64,000 bases of DNA from Eledone cirrhosa (GCA_964016885.1 OZ024742.1:322028001-322092000), one strand, 5' to 3'. Counted from the first letter of the stretch, positions 1-16,285 are shown. Program-made: numbers and translations. The notes: generated from the sequence alone by a model not told the origin.

Positions 1-98
1 TATATGATAAAACACATACCATTACATAACATACACACGAACATCTATGTATATATATATATATATATATATACATATATACACGCACATATATAATG

Positions 99-163
<65 letters not shown>

Positions 164-164
<1 letters not shown>

Positions 165-300
165 CGTAGGTCCCGGGTTGAGTCGGGGATAACCACAGTA
201 AGTAAGGTACTCAATACATGGCAGAGTAAAATTTTTTTATTTTATAGAAGGAGCTGAATGAAACAGTACTAGTCCTGTAGAAGCTCCGTCTATAAAATAA
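164..300. mobile_element. PLTR fragment, family A, fold-back arrangement with partial hammerhead (GAAACAG...CTGTA/GAAGCT), embedded in (TA)n
   Basis: Same sequence recurs at ~6541-6730, ~19876-20013, ~34170-34312 and ~39120-39290; inversion junction near 255. Confidence 0.7.
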
Positions 301-434
301 AAATATATATATATATATATATGTATATATGTAAGTATGTATATATATATATATATACATATACACATGTATATGTATATACACAAACACATATAAATAC
401 CTATAAACGTATATAAAGTATTTGTGTGTGTATG

Positions 435-497
<63 letters not shown>

Positions 498-736
498 AAG
501 TATGTATATATATATATACATATACACATATATATATGTATATACACAAACACATATAAATACATATAAACGTATATAAAGTATTTGTGTGTGTGTATGT
601 GTATGTATATATATAAATATTTATATATATATACATATACAAAGAAAGAAAAGGAGAGAGAATACGTATCATAATTTGATATAATATATATGTGCGTATT
701 TATGATATGTATGTATGCGCATTCTCTTAAGAAGAA

Positions 737-928
737 TTATATATACACACACACATATTTGTAACTGGTAACCTTCCCGGTGGTAAGGTCGTAAAGAAAA
801 GGAAATTGCCGTCTTCTCTTGTAGAAGCGTTCATCCTTTGAATCGTAAAATACTTTACAAATTTTGAAGGTTGCAGATATCGCGACCATTTGTAGCTTGT
901 GAACTAAGGAGCGACATTCGTTCTTCAC
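737..928 (-). pseudogene. Possible 3' end of an RLE-type (R4/Dong-like) non-LTR retrotransposon ORF
   Basis: KLQMVAISATFKICKVF resembles the LQKxxxxxTxxIxxxF C-terminal motif of R4-clade ORFs; short, motif-level resemblance only. Confidence 0.3.
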
Positions 929-990
929 AAATACAAGCTCTTATGCTTTGGTACTTGGTTGGTAGCACTACAATGACTGTAGCTCTAATA

Positions 991-1370
991 ATTGTTTCTA
1001 CTTTTAGCACAAGGCCAGCAATTAACTCAGTGCATTACTGGTACTTTATTTTATCGACCCCCGTAAGGATGAAAGGCAAAGTTAACCTCGGCGGGATTTG
1101 AACTCAGACCGTAGAGGGTCGTAACTCTATGCTGCTAAGCATGGTGTCTGACGTTCTACCGATACATTCCAATCACCCTAATAATTGTTTCTACTTTTGG
1201 CACAAGGCCAGCAATTACCCAGTGCATTACTGGTACTTTATTTTATCAACCCCGTAAGGATCAAAGGCAAAGTTAACCTGAGCGGGATTTCAACTCAGAA
1301 TGGCAAGGGACGTAACTCTATGCGTCAAAGCATGGCATCCGGCCCTCTACCGATACTGCCAATCCACCCT
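991..1370 (-). mobile_element. Two tandem copies of the tRNA-derived SINE (991-1179 and 1184-1370)
   Basis: Reverse complement has A box TGGCAGTATCGG (degenerate in the first copy), B-box region GAGTTCAAATCC (degenerate in the second), core CCGAGGTTAACTTTGCCTTTCATCCTTACGGGGTCGATAAAATAAAGTACCAG and tail GCTGGCCTTGTGCCAAAAGTAGAAACAAT. Confidence 0.9.
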
Positions 1371-1811
1371 AATAATAACGGGTATGAAGCTGAATGTGTT
1401 TATTGGATACTGGATGTGAAACTTCTTATCAATGGTCCGCACAGATCATTCTTCATTTCAATGTTCTTACTACATTGATATCAAGAGGACAGCTGACGTC
1501 TAAGACAGGGCAGATTTTTAGTGGGTGTACCTAAACAACAATATCAGGCCGGGTACTTTCCACTAGTATTACTTTGAGGCATCAGTCTCAACGTATTCCT
1601 ATCGTATGTATGTATGTATGTACGCATGTATGTATGTATGCATGTAAGTATGTATGTATGCATGTATGTATGCATGTAAGTATGTATGTATGCATGCATG
1701 TATGCATGTATGTATGTATGTATGTATGCATGCATGTATGTATGTATGTATGTAAGTATGTATGTATGCATGCATGTATGCATGTATGTATGTATGCATG
1801 CATGTATGTAT

Positions 1812-1992
1812 GTCGTCACATGGTACCATGGGCCCAGCACTATGTGTCAATAATTGTCACAAGTGTAGTGTTTGTGCCAGAGTTTTCAAGTCGCTGGCTG
1901 GACTAAAAGTCACTCGTTCAGCGCATCGGTAGGGGTTCTCCTACATGGATATAAAGTAGTGGCCGTACTCGAAAACGAGTTGGCAGCCACCA
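1812..1992 (+). pseudogene. 3' end of an RTE-type LINE (C-terminal C2H2-like finger) flanked by (ATGT)n
   Basis: Translates HKCSVCARVFKSLAGLK, then a probable frameshift; followed by (ATGT)n that could be its tail. Confidence 0.5.
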
Positions 1993-2281
1993 TGCATGTA
2001 TGTAAGTATGTATGTATGTATGCATGTAACTATGTATGTATGTATGTATGTATATATGTATGTATGTATTTATGTATGCATGTAAGTATGTATGTATGTA
2101 TGTATGTATATATGTATGTATGTATTTATGTATGCATGTAAGTATGTATGTATGTATGCAGGTATGGTTCTATGTATGTACATATGCATAAAAATATATA
2201 TTCAAATATGTAAAGATTTTTACGCACGCAAGCGTGCCTATAAACATGTTATATCATATGTATATATATATATATATATAT

Positions 2282-2400
2282 AGTAATAATAATAAATTTG
2301 AAGACTAAAATCCAAAGAGGGCTCGATAAGGATAAATATATATCAAATCCAAAGCGATTCTTTGCTTAAACTTGAATCTGTTATTTTAATAAATGTATAT
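2282..2400. mobile_element. PLTR fragment, family C (same as the terminal repeat of the 29.6-33.3 kb PLE), with inverted piece
   Basis: taataataaatttgaagactaaaatccaaagagggctcgataagg matches 32716-32765; gcgattctttgcttaaac is the inverted HHR 3' half. Confidence 0.8.
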
Positions 2401-2412
2401 ATATATATATAT

Positions 2413-2597
2413 GAAAATGTTTGACCCCGATGGCAGAGCTCAAGCCGTTTCGGCGGCTATTTCTGCAGAAATAGCCGTCGAAAGGCTTGAGCTCTGCCGT
2501 CGGGGTCAAACATTTTCCTATTACCCACTCTACTACCCTAAGTATTGAGTACTCTGGTGCGTTTTGGTCCATCTGGTTCCTTACCACACCTCCTACG

Positions 2598-2600
<3 letters not shown>
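2413..2600. mobile_element. PLTR fragment, family E, as a ~105-bp palindrome (2413-2518) plus the 3' end
   Basis: Arms gaaaatgtttgacccc...ggggtcaaacattttc, centred at tttctgcagaaa; homologous to 45285-45471. Confidence 0.8.
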
Positions 2601-2667
<67 letters not shown>

Positions 2668-2691
2668 TATAAATATATATATATATACATA

Positions 2692-2835
<144 letters not shown>

Positions 2836-3687
2836 CGTGCGTGTGTGTGTATTTATAAATAGTTCATTATCGATATATCTCACACAAAGAGACAGAGGGA
2901 CAACACACACATATACATATACATAAGTATATGTATAAACTTTATACATATACATTGTAGCATTCCTTTATAGTATAAAGTTTATACTATAAAGGAATGT
3001 TACAATGTATTCTATCCGAAGTGCTTACGACTCAGCCAGTTCGCTGCCTTACATATATACATGATGGCTGTCCCCTCGTTATCGAGTATGGCCATTGCAC
3101 GATATACCATTATTAATAATTATTAATTAATTCTATCGTGCAATGCCTGTGCGTGAAAACATTTTTTAAAGTGAGGAAAGACTGTGCACTGAGCCAATCC
3201 CACTCTCTGAGCGACAGTAGCTATAACCCGAAAAGAAGAAAAGATCAACATCATCGGTAACTACTGAGCCGCAGGTTTTATATCGGAGTTATCCCAGTTT
3301 CCTGAGTTGCCTTCTCCGAGAAGAATGCCTTGACAAAGGCTAGGGGTTCTTCACTCCCAGTGGTTTAACCGCGCGGTACACGTGTATATACATATTTACA
3401 CACATTTGGATGGCCGTTGACTCTTATGAGTTCTTCCGCCCTTTGTCAGGTTTTCTTTTTTGTCCTGCAGGGTGTCCAAATATCACCCTCCTCACCAAGT
3501 AAACTTGGTGGGGTTGCCGGTTTAGTCGCCGACGACCCGACCATGTAACATATATACATACATACATATATACATACATACATATATATATATATATAGA
3601 TATATAGATATATGTATATATGTATGTGTGTATGTATATATATACATTCATATATTTGTACATATATATAAACATATATATATATAC

Positions 3688-3788
<101 letters not shown>

Positions 3789-3948
3789 ATATGTGTATAT
3801 ATATATACATATATATACATATATATATACATAGTATGTATATATATATATCCATATAAATATATATGCACACACATATACATACATTGATACATACATG
3901 CATGCATGCATACATGCATACATACATGCATGCATACAAACAGGGACA

Positions 3949-4033
<85 letters not shown>

Positions 4034-4241
4034 TATATGTATATACATACATATACGTATATATATATATATATACATTCATACATACATACATGCAAAT
4101 ATACATACATATATGCCATATAATATCAAATACATATATATGTAAAACAGACAATTATATACTGTGTATGCATCCATACATAGTTGCATGCATACATACA
4201 CGTATATATATCTATATACAATAATATATATATGTATATAC

Positions 4242-4320
<79 letters not shown>

Positions 4321-4536
4321 TACATGCATACGTATATATGTACACATTCTAGATATATACTTTAACAATCAACATATTCATACATGAGCCAGAGAGTTGT
4401 CTGATATGCTAAACATAGCAGCCAAATCTTCCAGAAATATGAAGGATGCAACAATGTTGCAGTGCCTCAGAAATTACCTCTAAGTAAAAACGGGGATAGT
4501 TCCAACCTGAATGTATATTTAAATGTATAACCGTAT

Positions 4537-4570
<34 letters not shown>

Positions 4571-4608
4571 AGTATATGTTGGTTGTTTACCGGCATCTCA
4601 GTATTTAT

Positions 4609-4649
<41 letters not shown>

Positions 4650-4945
4650 ATGAATATGGGTGGGGTTGTGAGTGTGTGTGCGTGTGTGTGTATGTCTGTA
4701 TATGTGTGTGTGTGTGCGTGTGTACGTGTGTACGTGTGTAAATATAAATATTTATATATATTTATGCATATATATGAACATATACGTATATGCACAACAT
4801 ATATGTCAGACTGGAGGTGGTGAAAACCAGTTAGAACATTACTCACCAGAGTACTCGATACTTGGGTTAGTAGAGTGAAAATATATACATATATATATAC
4901 ATATATTATTATTATTATTACGTGCCAAGAGTAGAAACAATTATT

Positions 4946-4981
<36 letters not shown>

Positions 4982-4992
4982 TCTTTATAATG

Positions 4993-5070
<78 letters not shown>

Positions 5071-5200
5071 ATATACACGGGTGTGTATGATTGTGTATAG
5101 AAGATTATATTAATAAAAGGAATTCCAACTTTGTCTGATTTACTCGTTTTATTTACAATCCTTTAAAATTTATAATGGTATTAGAATGAAAAGTGTTAAT

Positions 5201-5239
5201 TGAACAAGTACTTTCATGCTTTCGCAATCTTCAGGTTCA
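5201..5239 (-). ncRNA. Minimal type I hammerhead ribozyme (family H)
   Basis: TGAAC-CTGAAGA-tTGC gaaa GCAt-GAA-AGTACT-T-GTTCA: 5-bp stem I, canonical core, GNRA-capped stem II, palindromic stem III. Confidence 0.85.
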
Positions 5240-5653
5240 TAATGTGTGGTGACAGTCAAGTTTGCAATTTTCAACTGTCTATATATATATACACGTGATG
5301 TTATTCAGTTAGATATTGGACCAGTACTGCCCGAAACTTATCAAACTTATCAAATGGACCCATCTATACATGTTTATATAAATGTAAGCATACTGACAGG
5401 TTTATTCTAACACCATAAATACTGCATTTTTCTATACATATCTTTACATATTTACAAATATAATTTATTAGAGCAAAAATATGGTTTCATTTCCATCTCC
5501 AGGTGAACTTTCCTAATTTTATTGTGATCGTTTCTGTAAGGACACAATTAAAAATGTTTCGAAGGGCTTCAAGTATGTATGTATATATGTTTGAATGTAT
5601 CCATGTATGTATGATTGTATGTATATACATATGTATGTAAGTATGTATGTATG

Positions 5654-5715
<62 letters not shown>

Positions 5716-5852
5716 TGTATGTTTGTATATATTTCTGTGTTTGTATCCATGTATGTATCTACGTATGTATGTATGTATATATGTATGCATGTATGTATGA
5801 ATATGTTTTTTGCAATTCCTTCGAAAAAGCATACTTTATTATATATATATCT

Positions 5853-6122
5853 CTAGGGTGGGTAAAATTCCCGAGATCCATGGACGAGTTCTCTCCAGCG
5901 GTCTCTGTCCCTCATTAGCGCTGCCATGTCCTGCGTCTCCAAAAGACCAGTGTCTGTCCTTAGGGCATCAATATACGTTAACGCACAGAAATATATACAA
6001 ACATACATACATACATACGTCCATTATCTTCTTGGGGATTCCATAAGCCTGTAAGATCTTCATCAGGCAGTGACGGTCCACAGAATCAAAGGCCTTCCTA
6101 AAGTCAATGAAAACCATGACCG
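5853..6122 (-). pseudogene. RTE-clade LINE fragments (RT motif plus ORF C-terminus)
   Basis: 6122-6020 translates [31 protein letters not shown]; 5978-5853 translates TYIDALRTDTGLLETQDMAALMRDRDRWRELVHGSREFYPP*. Confidence 0.8.
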
Positions 6123-6141
6123 TCAATGAAAACCATATATA

Positions 6142-6235
<94 letters not shown>

Positions 6236-6293
6236 TATTAAGTTAGACATGGCCTGGGCCAATACTGGCCGAAACCTACCAAAGTTATCAAAG

Positions 6294-6370
<77 letters not shown>

Positions 6371-6465
6371 AATAAATATATATATATATAACATAACATT
6401 CATAACTGTGCGAAGGTTCGGCCAGTACAGACTCAGGAGATGTCTAACTTAACACTACCTATGTT

Positions 6466-6531
<66 letters not shown>

Positions 6532-6540
6532 TTTTAAATA

Positions 6541-6727
6541 TAGATGAGATTCTACAGGACTAGAACTGTATCATTCTTTAGAAATCATCAGGAATCCTGA
6601 TGATTTCTAAAGAATGAAACAGTTCTAGTCCTGTAGAACCTCATCTATATTAAAACTGCTATACTCGCTATGTATTAGGTACCTTACCTACTGTGGTTAC
6701 CTCCGATTCAACCCGGAATAAGTTACC

Positions 6728-6730
<3 letters not shown>
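6541..6730. mobile_element. PLTR family A palindrome containing HHR core CTGATGA...GAAACAG...CTGTA
   Basis: Inverted arms 6541-6590 and 6597-6650, centred on catcaggaatcctgatg. Confidence 0.8.
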
Positions 6731-6760
<30 letters not shown>

Positions 6761-6761
<1 letters not shown>

Positions 6762-6970
6762 AAGAAAAAAAGATGAAATAGAAAATGCAACTGGAGTCTT
6801 ATTTTAAAAAAATATATCTATTTATTTGGTTCCTTTACCGGTTTCGCAGTTCTTCTGCTTTTCAAAGTTGAGATGGAGGGTCTGTGGTTTTCCTCACATT
6901 CTCACATTCTTTATACTTTCACTCGTGTAGGAGACCTCGGTTATTTTTCAATTTGTAAAAAAACCCTCTC

Positions 6971-7009
<39 letters not shown>

Positions 7010-7092
7010 CTCAACGGTTCTTATATATTTGATATATATTTTCCTTATCGAGCCTTCTTTGGATTTTAGTCTTAAATTTACTATTATTACTA
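6761..7092. mobile_element. PLTR fragments of family B (6761-6978, with inversion) and family C (7003-7092, inverted)
   Basis: Direct sequence match to the terminal repeats of the PLEs at 20062-20270 and 32716-32805. Confidence 0.8.
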
Positions 7093-7219
7093 TATATATA
7101 TATATATGAATATATGTATGTATAGTTTGTTTGATAATACACTATACATACATTCATATATACATCGTTATTTCAGAGCACCAATACTGATTCCATATAT
7201 ATGTGTGTATATATATATA

Positions 7220-7380
<161 letters not shown>

Positions 7381-7511
7381 AAAGGATAATGACCCCTGTC
7401 ATTCAGGAACGACCATGGGAATGGGTACGAATATTCGTATGTGAATGTATTATATGCATATCTATATACACACATACATATATACAAGCATTATGTATAT
7501 ATATTTATATA

Positions 7512-7652
7512 TAGAGAGTTACGGCCCTTTACGTTCTGAGTTCAAATCCCACCGAGGTTAACTTTGCCTTTCATCCTTACGGAGTCTATAAAATAAAGTA
7601 CCAGTAATACACTGGGATAATTGCTGGCCTTGTGCCAAAAGTAGAAACAATT
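7512..7652 (+). mobile_element. tRNA-derived SINE, 5'-truncated
   Basis: B box gagttcaaatcc, core and tail match the family. Confidence 0.85.
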
Positions 7653-8226
7653 ATGTATGTATATTTATATGTGTATGGTTTATTACATATATATATATAT
7701 GATGTATATGTATATGTATATATATATATATAAATGACTTCTACATGACTAGAACAATTTTATTAGTATGAAATTGTTATAGTTGTGTGTGTATGTATGT
7801 ATACATATATATATATATGTGTGTGTGTGTGTGTATATATACATATATTGTATATATATATATTTATATATTTATGTACATATATATATATATATATATA
7901 TGTATATACATGATGTATATGTATATGTATATATATGTATATATATATATATATATATATACATACATATATAAATATATATATATATGTATATATATAT
8001 GCCTATTTGTATGCATGTACAGATATATATATATGTGTATATACTTACATAAATATATAAATATATATATATACATATACAATATATGTATATATATGTA
8101 TAAATAAATTTTTAAAAAATATATATATATATAAACACATACACACACACACATATATATATATATATGCTTATATACATTATACATACATATATACCAA
8201 AGTTAATCAAGAGTAATTATACATTA

Positions 8227-8412
8227 ATTGTTTCTACGTAAGGCACAAGGCCAGCAATTACCCAGTGCATTACTGGTACTTTATTTTATCGACCCCGTAA
8301 GGATGAAAGGCAAAGTTAACCTCGGCGGGATTTGAACTCAGAATGGCAAGGGCCGTAACTCTATGCGTCAAACAGCGTCCGATCCTCTACCGATACTGCC
8401 AATCCACCGCCC
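8227..8412 (-). mobile_element. tRNA-derived SINE, full length
   Basis: A box, B box, core and tail present. Confidence 0.9.
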
Positions 8413-8613
8413 TCGTATTATACGTATACATTAGTGAGGTTTAATAAGCGTGTCTGGGTACTCTACTTTAGCCATGCTGTTCTCTAGGTTGAGTGCAACG
8501 GGTGGTAGAATGTGGCAGAAAGTGGCATGTAGTAGTCTTACAGTAGAGACATGGAGAGGAGATATCTTGCTAGGCTAGATCAAACGACTGGAATCGGACT
8601 GGGTTGCATCACG

Positions 8614-8644
<31 letters not shown>

Positions 8645-8664
8645 GTATATATGTATATGTGTGT

Positions 8665-8709
<45 letters not shown>

Positions 8710-8988
8710 TGTTTATGTGTGTGTATGTGTGTGTGTGGGTGTGTGGGTGTGAGTATGTGTGTGTATATATATGTGTGTGTGTATGTGTGTGTGTATATAT
8801 GTGTGTGTGTGTGTATGTGTGTGTATATATATATGTGTGTGGTGTGTGTTTGTGTATGTGTGTGTGTGTGTATATATATTTGTGTGTGTGTATGTGTGTG
8901 TGTATATATATGTGTGTGTGTGTGTGTGTCTGTGTGTATGTTTGTATGTGTGTGTGTGTGTGTGTATGTGTGTGTGTGTGTGTATATA

Positions 8989-9020
<32 letters not shown>

Positions 9021-9337
9021 TGTGTGTGTGTGTGTGTGTATGTTTGTATGTGTGTGTGTGTGTGTTTGTATGTGTGTGTGTGTGTATATATGTGTGTGTG
9101 TGTGTGTATATATATGTGTGTGTGTGTGTATATATATATGTGGGTGTGTGCGTATGTGTGTGAATGTTAATTATCGATGTATTTCAACATTTCGCATTCC
9201 CCGTGCATATGTTACAGAGTATCATATATTATTGCATACACACATACATACCTACATACATATATACAAATATACATACATTATATATATATATACGTAC
9301 ATTATATATTTTATGCATACATTGTATATATATATAT

Positions 9338-9426
9338 CCCGCCGAGGTCCTTACGGGGTCGATAAAATAAAGTACCAGTAATGCACTGGGATTATTGGTG
9401 GCCTTGTGCCAGAAGTAGAAACAATT
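9338..9426 (+). mobile_element. SINE fragment with internal deletion
   Basis: cccgccgagg...ggggtcgataaaataaagtaccag...agtagaaacaatt. Confidence 0.8.
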
Positions 9427-9581
9427 ATATATATACGTACATTATATATATATATATATATTGCAAATTTATACGGGAACAAAAGTAGAGAGACAGACAA
9501 ATATATATATATATTTATTTTTTTAGTCTAGAAATAGCCGTCGAAACGGCTTGAGCTCTGCCGTCGGGGTCATACATTTTC

Positions 9582-9630
<49 letters not shown>

Positions 9631-9734
9631 GATCGTGTCTCGAGCTGTCCGCCGGCGAAACAATTGTAACACACAATAAATTGATTTCAGATGCATCACT
9701 GATTTTTCGTTTTATATTATATATATATATATAT

Positions 9735-10978
<1,244 letters not shown>

Positions 10979-11280
10979 TATATGTATACATATATATATA
11001 TATATATATATACATATATCTATATACACGCAATGTTACCATTGACTGACCAACGGTCAAAAATACAGATACAATATAGACACAAACACATATATATAGT
11101 CTAACAAAGTTCTTTCGTTGCACATCTGCAACATCGTCAGTGGTGCTATTATGTTTCCTCCCGTTGTATTGTATGCCTATATATATGTATATATATATAT
11201 GTATATCTATCTATCTATATATATATATATATATAATATAAAACGAAAAATCAGTGATGCATCTGAAATCAATTTATTGT

Positions 11281-11369
11281 GTGTTACAACCGTTTCGCCG
11301 GCGGACAGCTCGTGAAACGATCATTGCATGGATCTTGTCTGACTCTGGACCTGCGGGCTCGTCGGACAC
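11281..11369 (-). ncRNA. Hammerhead ribozyme (family L), CCGACGA core, extended stem II
   Basis: GTGT-CCGACGA-GCC...GGC-GAA-ACGGTTGT-A-ACAC; the partial copy at ~9640-9675 (+) has palindromic ACAATTGT. Confidence 0.7.
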
Positions 11370-11373
11370 GTCA

Positions 11374-11483
<110 letters not shown>

Positions 11484-11557
11484 TATATACGTATATATGT
11501 ATATATATGTATATATATATGTATATATATATATATATGTATATATATGTATATATA

Positions 11558-11913
11558 TTAGAAAGTGAGGTTTTTTTACAAAATGAAAAATAACCTAGGT
11601 GCCCTACATGAGTGAAAGAATAAAGAAAAAAAGATGAAATCGAAAATGCAACTGGGGTCTTATTTTTAAAAATAAATATATATTTATTTGGTTCCTTTAC
11701 CGGTTTCGCAGTTCCTCTGCTTTTCAAAAGTAGAGTTGAGATGGAGGGTCTGTGGTTTTTCTCGCATCAGATGTGAGAAAAACCACAGACCCTCCATCTC
11801 AACTCTACTTTTGAAAAGCAGAGGAACTGCGAAACCGGTAAAGGAACCAAATAAATATATATATATTTTTAAAAATAAGACCCCAGTTGCATTTTCGATT
11901 TCATCTTTTTTTT

Positions 11914-11917
<4 letters not shown>
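11558..11917. mobile_element. PLTR family B palindrome with two opposed HHRs
   Basis: Arms ~11620-11770 and ~11771-11917; matches the PLE terminal repeat at 20062-20270. Confidence 0.85.
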
Positions 11918-11982
<65 letters not shown>

Positions 11983-12035
11983 TGCACAACAGTCATTACA
12001 CCATTTCCGATAACAATTTGTTTCATCAGCTCGTT

Positions 12036-12081
12036 TTCCGAGCTGATGATCCGTTTGAGGTGAAACAAATTGTTTTCGGGA
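12036..12081 (+). ncRNA. Minimal hammerhead ribozyme (family M)
   Basis: TTCCGAG-CTGATGA-tCC gtttga GGt-GAA-ACAAATTGT-T-TTCGGGA; preceded by an inverted copy lacking stem II (12001-12033). Confidence 0.8.
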
Positions 12082-12332
12082 AATGGTTTACTATCTGTTG
12101 TGAAACTACTTCTATCAAACTCGTCCCATGGACTGAGTGCTCTACTAGTGCGGACATTACCCATCAGTGTTCTGCCACTATATATATATATACATATATA
12201 TATGCATACATATATATTATATATTATATATTATACTTGTGTGTTTGTGTGTGCGTGCGTGTGTGTGAGTGCGTGTGTGTGTGCCATATATACATATTGC
12301 AAAATATGCTAAAAATATATGTATTATTAACA

Positions 12333-12420
12333 TCTTTTCATCCTTACAGGGTCGATAAAATAAAGTACCAGTAATACACTGGAATAATTGCTGGCCTTGT
12401 GCCAAAAGTAGAAACAATTA
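12333..12420 (+). mobile_element. SINE 3' half
   Basis: Core and tail match. Confidence 0.8.
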
Positions 12421-13004
12421 TTAACGTCCATGTGTCAGTCTGTTTGTGTGTGTGTGTTATTTAGTTAGGAGGTGCAGCATCCTAATATTTGCACTTTTCT
12501 CCTAACATTTGATAAGATTCATGAGGATAATGTTAATACTGAACTGCTGTACATCCGCAGGTAAAACCTGGCGAAACAAGAAATGTGTTACTTGCAACAG
12601 TGTGTGCTCTCTTTGGTATATGCAGCCACAAAGACCAGGTGGTGGGCTTTTAAATCCGGCGTCTTTTTATGTCTATCTAACCCCAACGATTGTGAGACTG
12701 TTCACAACTTTAACTAATTCAACGGCAGTATCCCCACCTGCCAGAAGGGCAAAGAGGATTCTCTAGAAAGAAATATATACAGAGGCACCAAATTGAACCA
12801 GATGATAACATTTATATCACAATGGGTTAGTATTAGCTTAGATGAAATCTGTTTGGGTTTGTGTTAAGACATGGTACCATTAATAGCATATGTTTAGTGA
12901 GACAATTTTATTTTCTTAGACAAGAAAATAAAGGAACCAAACTTCAGATCGGACCTAGGAAACAGTGTTGCTATTAGTCTTTCCATTGCTGATATTATTT
13001 GTCG

Positions 13005-13460
13005 GCCACAACTCTTAGCAGAATGGGGTGGAATTTAAACACGGAACGCATGGAACCGAATTTGACACTGCAAAGCATCCCGTTTGACTCTTTAGCAATT
13101 TCACTAATCCACCACCTCTGGACTACTACTTTATTTATAGGTCCTGAAACGACTAAAGCAAAGTTGACCTCGGTGTGATGTGAACTCAGAGCCTCCAGGC
13201 TAAGAGTAAACCACTATACCTGACATCCATTGATCTATAGAAGGCTTTTGACAGGGTAAGATTAGGATACCTAGTTTTCTTAGAGATCAACCGCTCTGTG
13301 TAAGTAAATGAATTTCTTGTAAGAGCTATTCATGTCATGATATATTTTATCAACTCGGAAGGATAAAAGGTAAAGTTGATCTCGGCGGGATTTGAACTCA
13401 GAACTTAGAAAGTCATAACTGAATACCGCAAATCATTTTGTCCGGTACTTCCCATTCACC
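13005..13460 (-). mobile_element. Degenerate SINE copies
   Basis: aaagttgacctcgg...tgaactcaga motifs at ~13160-13190 and ~13372-13401. Confidence 0.55.
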
Positions 13461-14167
13461 AACCCTTTAACTAGTACGGTACAATTTCAAATGTGTTGTA
13501 TATTGAGGTAAAAGCTTTGAACATTTTGCTGACTAATGAGCGAGAAAAATATGTCACCAGGAGGATGGCTCCGATTATCGGCTGGATGTGTTGTGGAAAC
13601 CGGCCAGACATTTTCTTTTGACTAAGAAAGACTGGCACATTATTATTATTTTTTTTTTTTTTTTTTATTTACGTTTTCTGACAAGTAGCTATTTCCAAAA
13701 CAACTGCGTCATGGGTGCAAATGAAAGTACTGACAACAGTCACGGTTATTTTACGGCGAATTTTGGACATGGAAAGAAAAAATTAAAAAGAAGGTGCTTT
13801 ACCACAATAAGTTTATGAAAAGAGCGAGCGTCGTTTGAGTGAATGAATTTAGTCTAAGTATGAAGCTATAGGCCGTGGAATGACAACATAGAGAAGAAAA
13901 CTTTCATAAAGTAGTCAGAGTATTCCAAGATCTGTGAAGTCATTGATGAGGCCCTAACTGACGGTCCTCCTCTGGGGATAGACATAGAATTCTGTACATT
14001 AAGTATGCTTTGACTTTCATTTTATTACTCAATTTCAATGTAAAGGAAACGCACACACACACACACGTCCACACACACACGTTCATACACACACACACAC
14101 GTTCACACACACACACACACACACAGACAAACAGCACACACAGGAACGTGAACGCACATACAAACAT

Positions 14168-14213
<46 letters not shown>

Positions 14214-14297
14214 AGGAAAGCGAGCGCACATACAGACAGATACACACACACACACACACACACACATACACAGGAAAGCGAGCGCACATACAGACAG

Positions 14298-14347
<50 letters not shown>

Positions 14348-14355
14348 GCACGCAC

Positions 14356-14394
<39 letters not shown>

Positions 14395-14499
14395 TAGACG
14401 CATACACACAATTTGTAACCTGTCTCCTCACCCGTCATACATGTGGCAAATAAAAATTATCATCTTACCACCACCACCATCATCGTTATCATCATCCTT

Positions 14500-14531
<32 letters not shown>

Positions 14532-14984
14532 TATCATTATCATTATCATCATCATCATCATTATCATTATCATTATCATCATCATTATCATTATCATCAT
14601 CATCATCATCATCATTATCATTATCATTATCATCATCATTATCATTATCATTATCATCATTTTATTACAAAATGGAAACGATTGCTAATCACATCAGCTC
14701 CCATAATGCAATTTCAGCTTGCGAACAAACTCGTACATAATTGCATATAATTAAATGTATCTTTAAAATTGTAAATAGAAATTGTTATATACACAATTGT
14801 TCTATCTATAATCATTCTGAAAAAGAAAATATTAATAAAGATATACGATATAAATATAATTCTATTTTGCTTCTTTTATATCAGGTTAAAATAAGGCAGA
14901 TAGATAAATTGTTAAATAAATAGTTATGGAGGATTCCAAATAGATCTATTATATGACAAAATCGTATTGATAAATTGTGGATAT

Positions 14985-15061
<77 letters not shown>

Positions 15062-15172
15062 TGTGCGTGTGTTGGTTTTATATGTATGTATATATATATA
15101 TATATGTGTGTGTGTGTGCTTGTGTGTGGTGTGTGTGTGTTGGTTTTATATGTATGTATATATATATATATG

Positions 15173-15205
<33 letters not shown>

Positions 15206-15240
15206 TGATTTTATATGTATGTATATATATATATATGTAT

Positions 15241-15279
<39 letters not shown>

Positions 15280-15319
15280 TTGTGTGTGTTTGTTTTATAT
15301 GTATGTATATATATATATG

Positions 15320-15423
<104 letters not shown>

Positions 15424-15704
15424 TATGTATATATATACACACATACACAAACGCACATACACCAACACACATATGTGTGTGTTTGTGAGAGCATGTGGTT
15501 ATTTATATGGATGCATATATACATACATATATATGTATATGCGTGTGTGCGTGTGTGTGTGTGTGCGTGTGTATGTATTATGTGTGTGTGTACAGATATA
15601 TATGTATATATATGTAAATATATGTTTATATACATATAGATATGTATATTTTTCTCTCTCTATCTCCATTTATATATATATATATAGGTACATGTATATA
15701 TATA

Positions 15705-15755
<51 letters not shown>

Positions 15756-16067
15756 TTTGGGTGGGTGTGTCTGTGTAATATAATATAATATATTACATTA
15801 TATTATCATATTATATTACAATGTATTACATTACAGTTCATTTATTCAGGCAATTTACGATGGGTCATTACTTAATGTCACTAGACAAACACTGACAGAT
15901 TTCTCTCTGCTATTTCAGTAAAAATCTTACTCAAATAAGGGATTCGGAACTTCAATTCTGTTGGGTGTAAACTAGATTATTTTAAATATATTATATATAT
16001 GTGTTCATTAATTACTAATGTGTATTTTAATATACACTCGCATAAATGTAAAATAAATTCTAAATAA

Positions 16068-16115
<48 letters not shown>

Positions 16116-16122
<7 letters not shown>

Positions 16123-16279
16123 GTGAGGTTTTTTTACAAAATGAAAAATAACCGAGGTGTCCTACACGAGTAAAAGTATAAAGAAAAAAAGATGAAATTG
16201 AAAATGCAACTGGAGTCTTATTTTTAAAAAGATATATATATTTATTTGGTTCCTTTACCGGTTTCGCAGTTCTTCTGCT

Positions 16280-16285
<6 letters not shown>
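16116..16285 (-). mobile_element. PLTR family B fragment
   Basis: Matches 20062-20230; truncated inside the HHR core. Confidence 0.8.

Noticed and set aside
3060-3548. GC-richer island resembling a LINE 5' UTR
   Set aside because: No protein or RNA motif I could confirm; left unassigned
5305-6460. Repeated agttagacat...ggccaatactggccgaaac fragments (~5310, 6240, 6420) as another hammerhead
   Set aside because: Stem II and GAAAC are present but no copy has an intact CUGANGA core or stem I
12480-12830. Unique-looking segment as a host exon (minus-strand acceptor tttctttctag followed by NPLCPSGRWGYCR*)
   Set aside because: Too short, no recognisable domain or partner exons; needs RNA-seq
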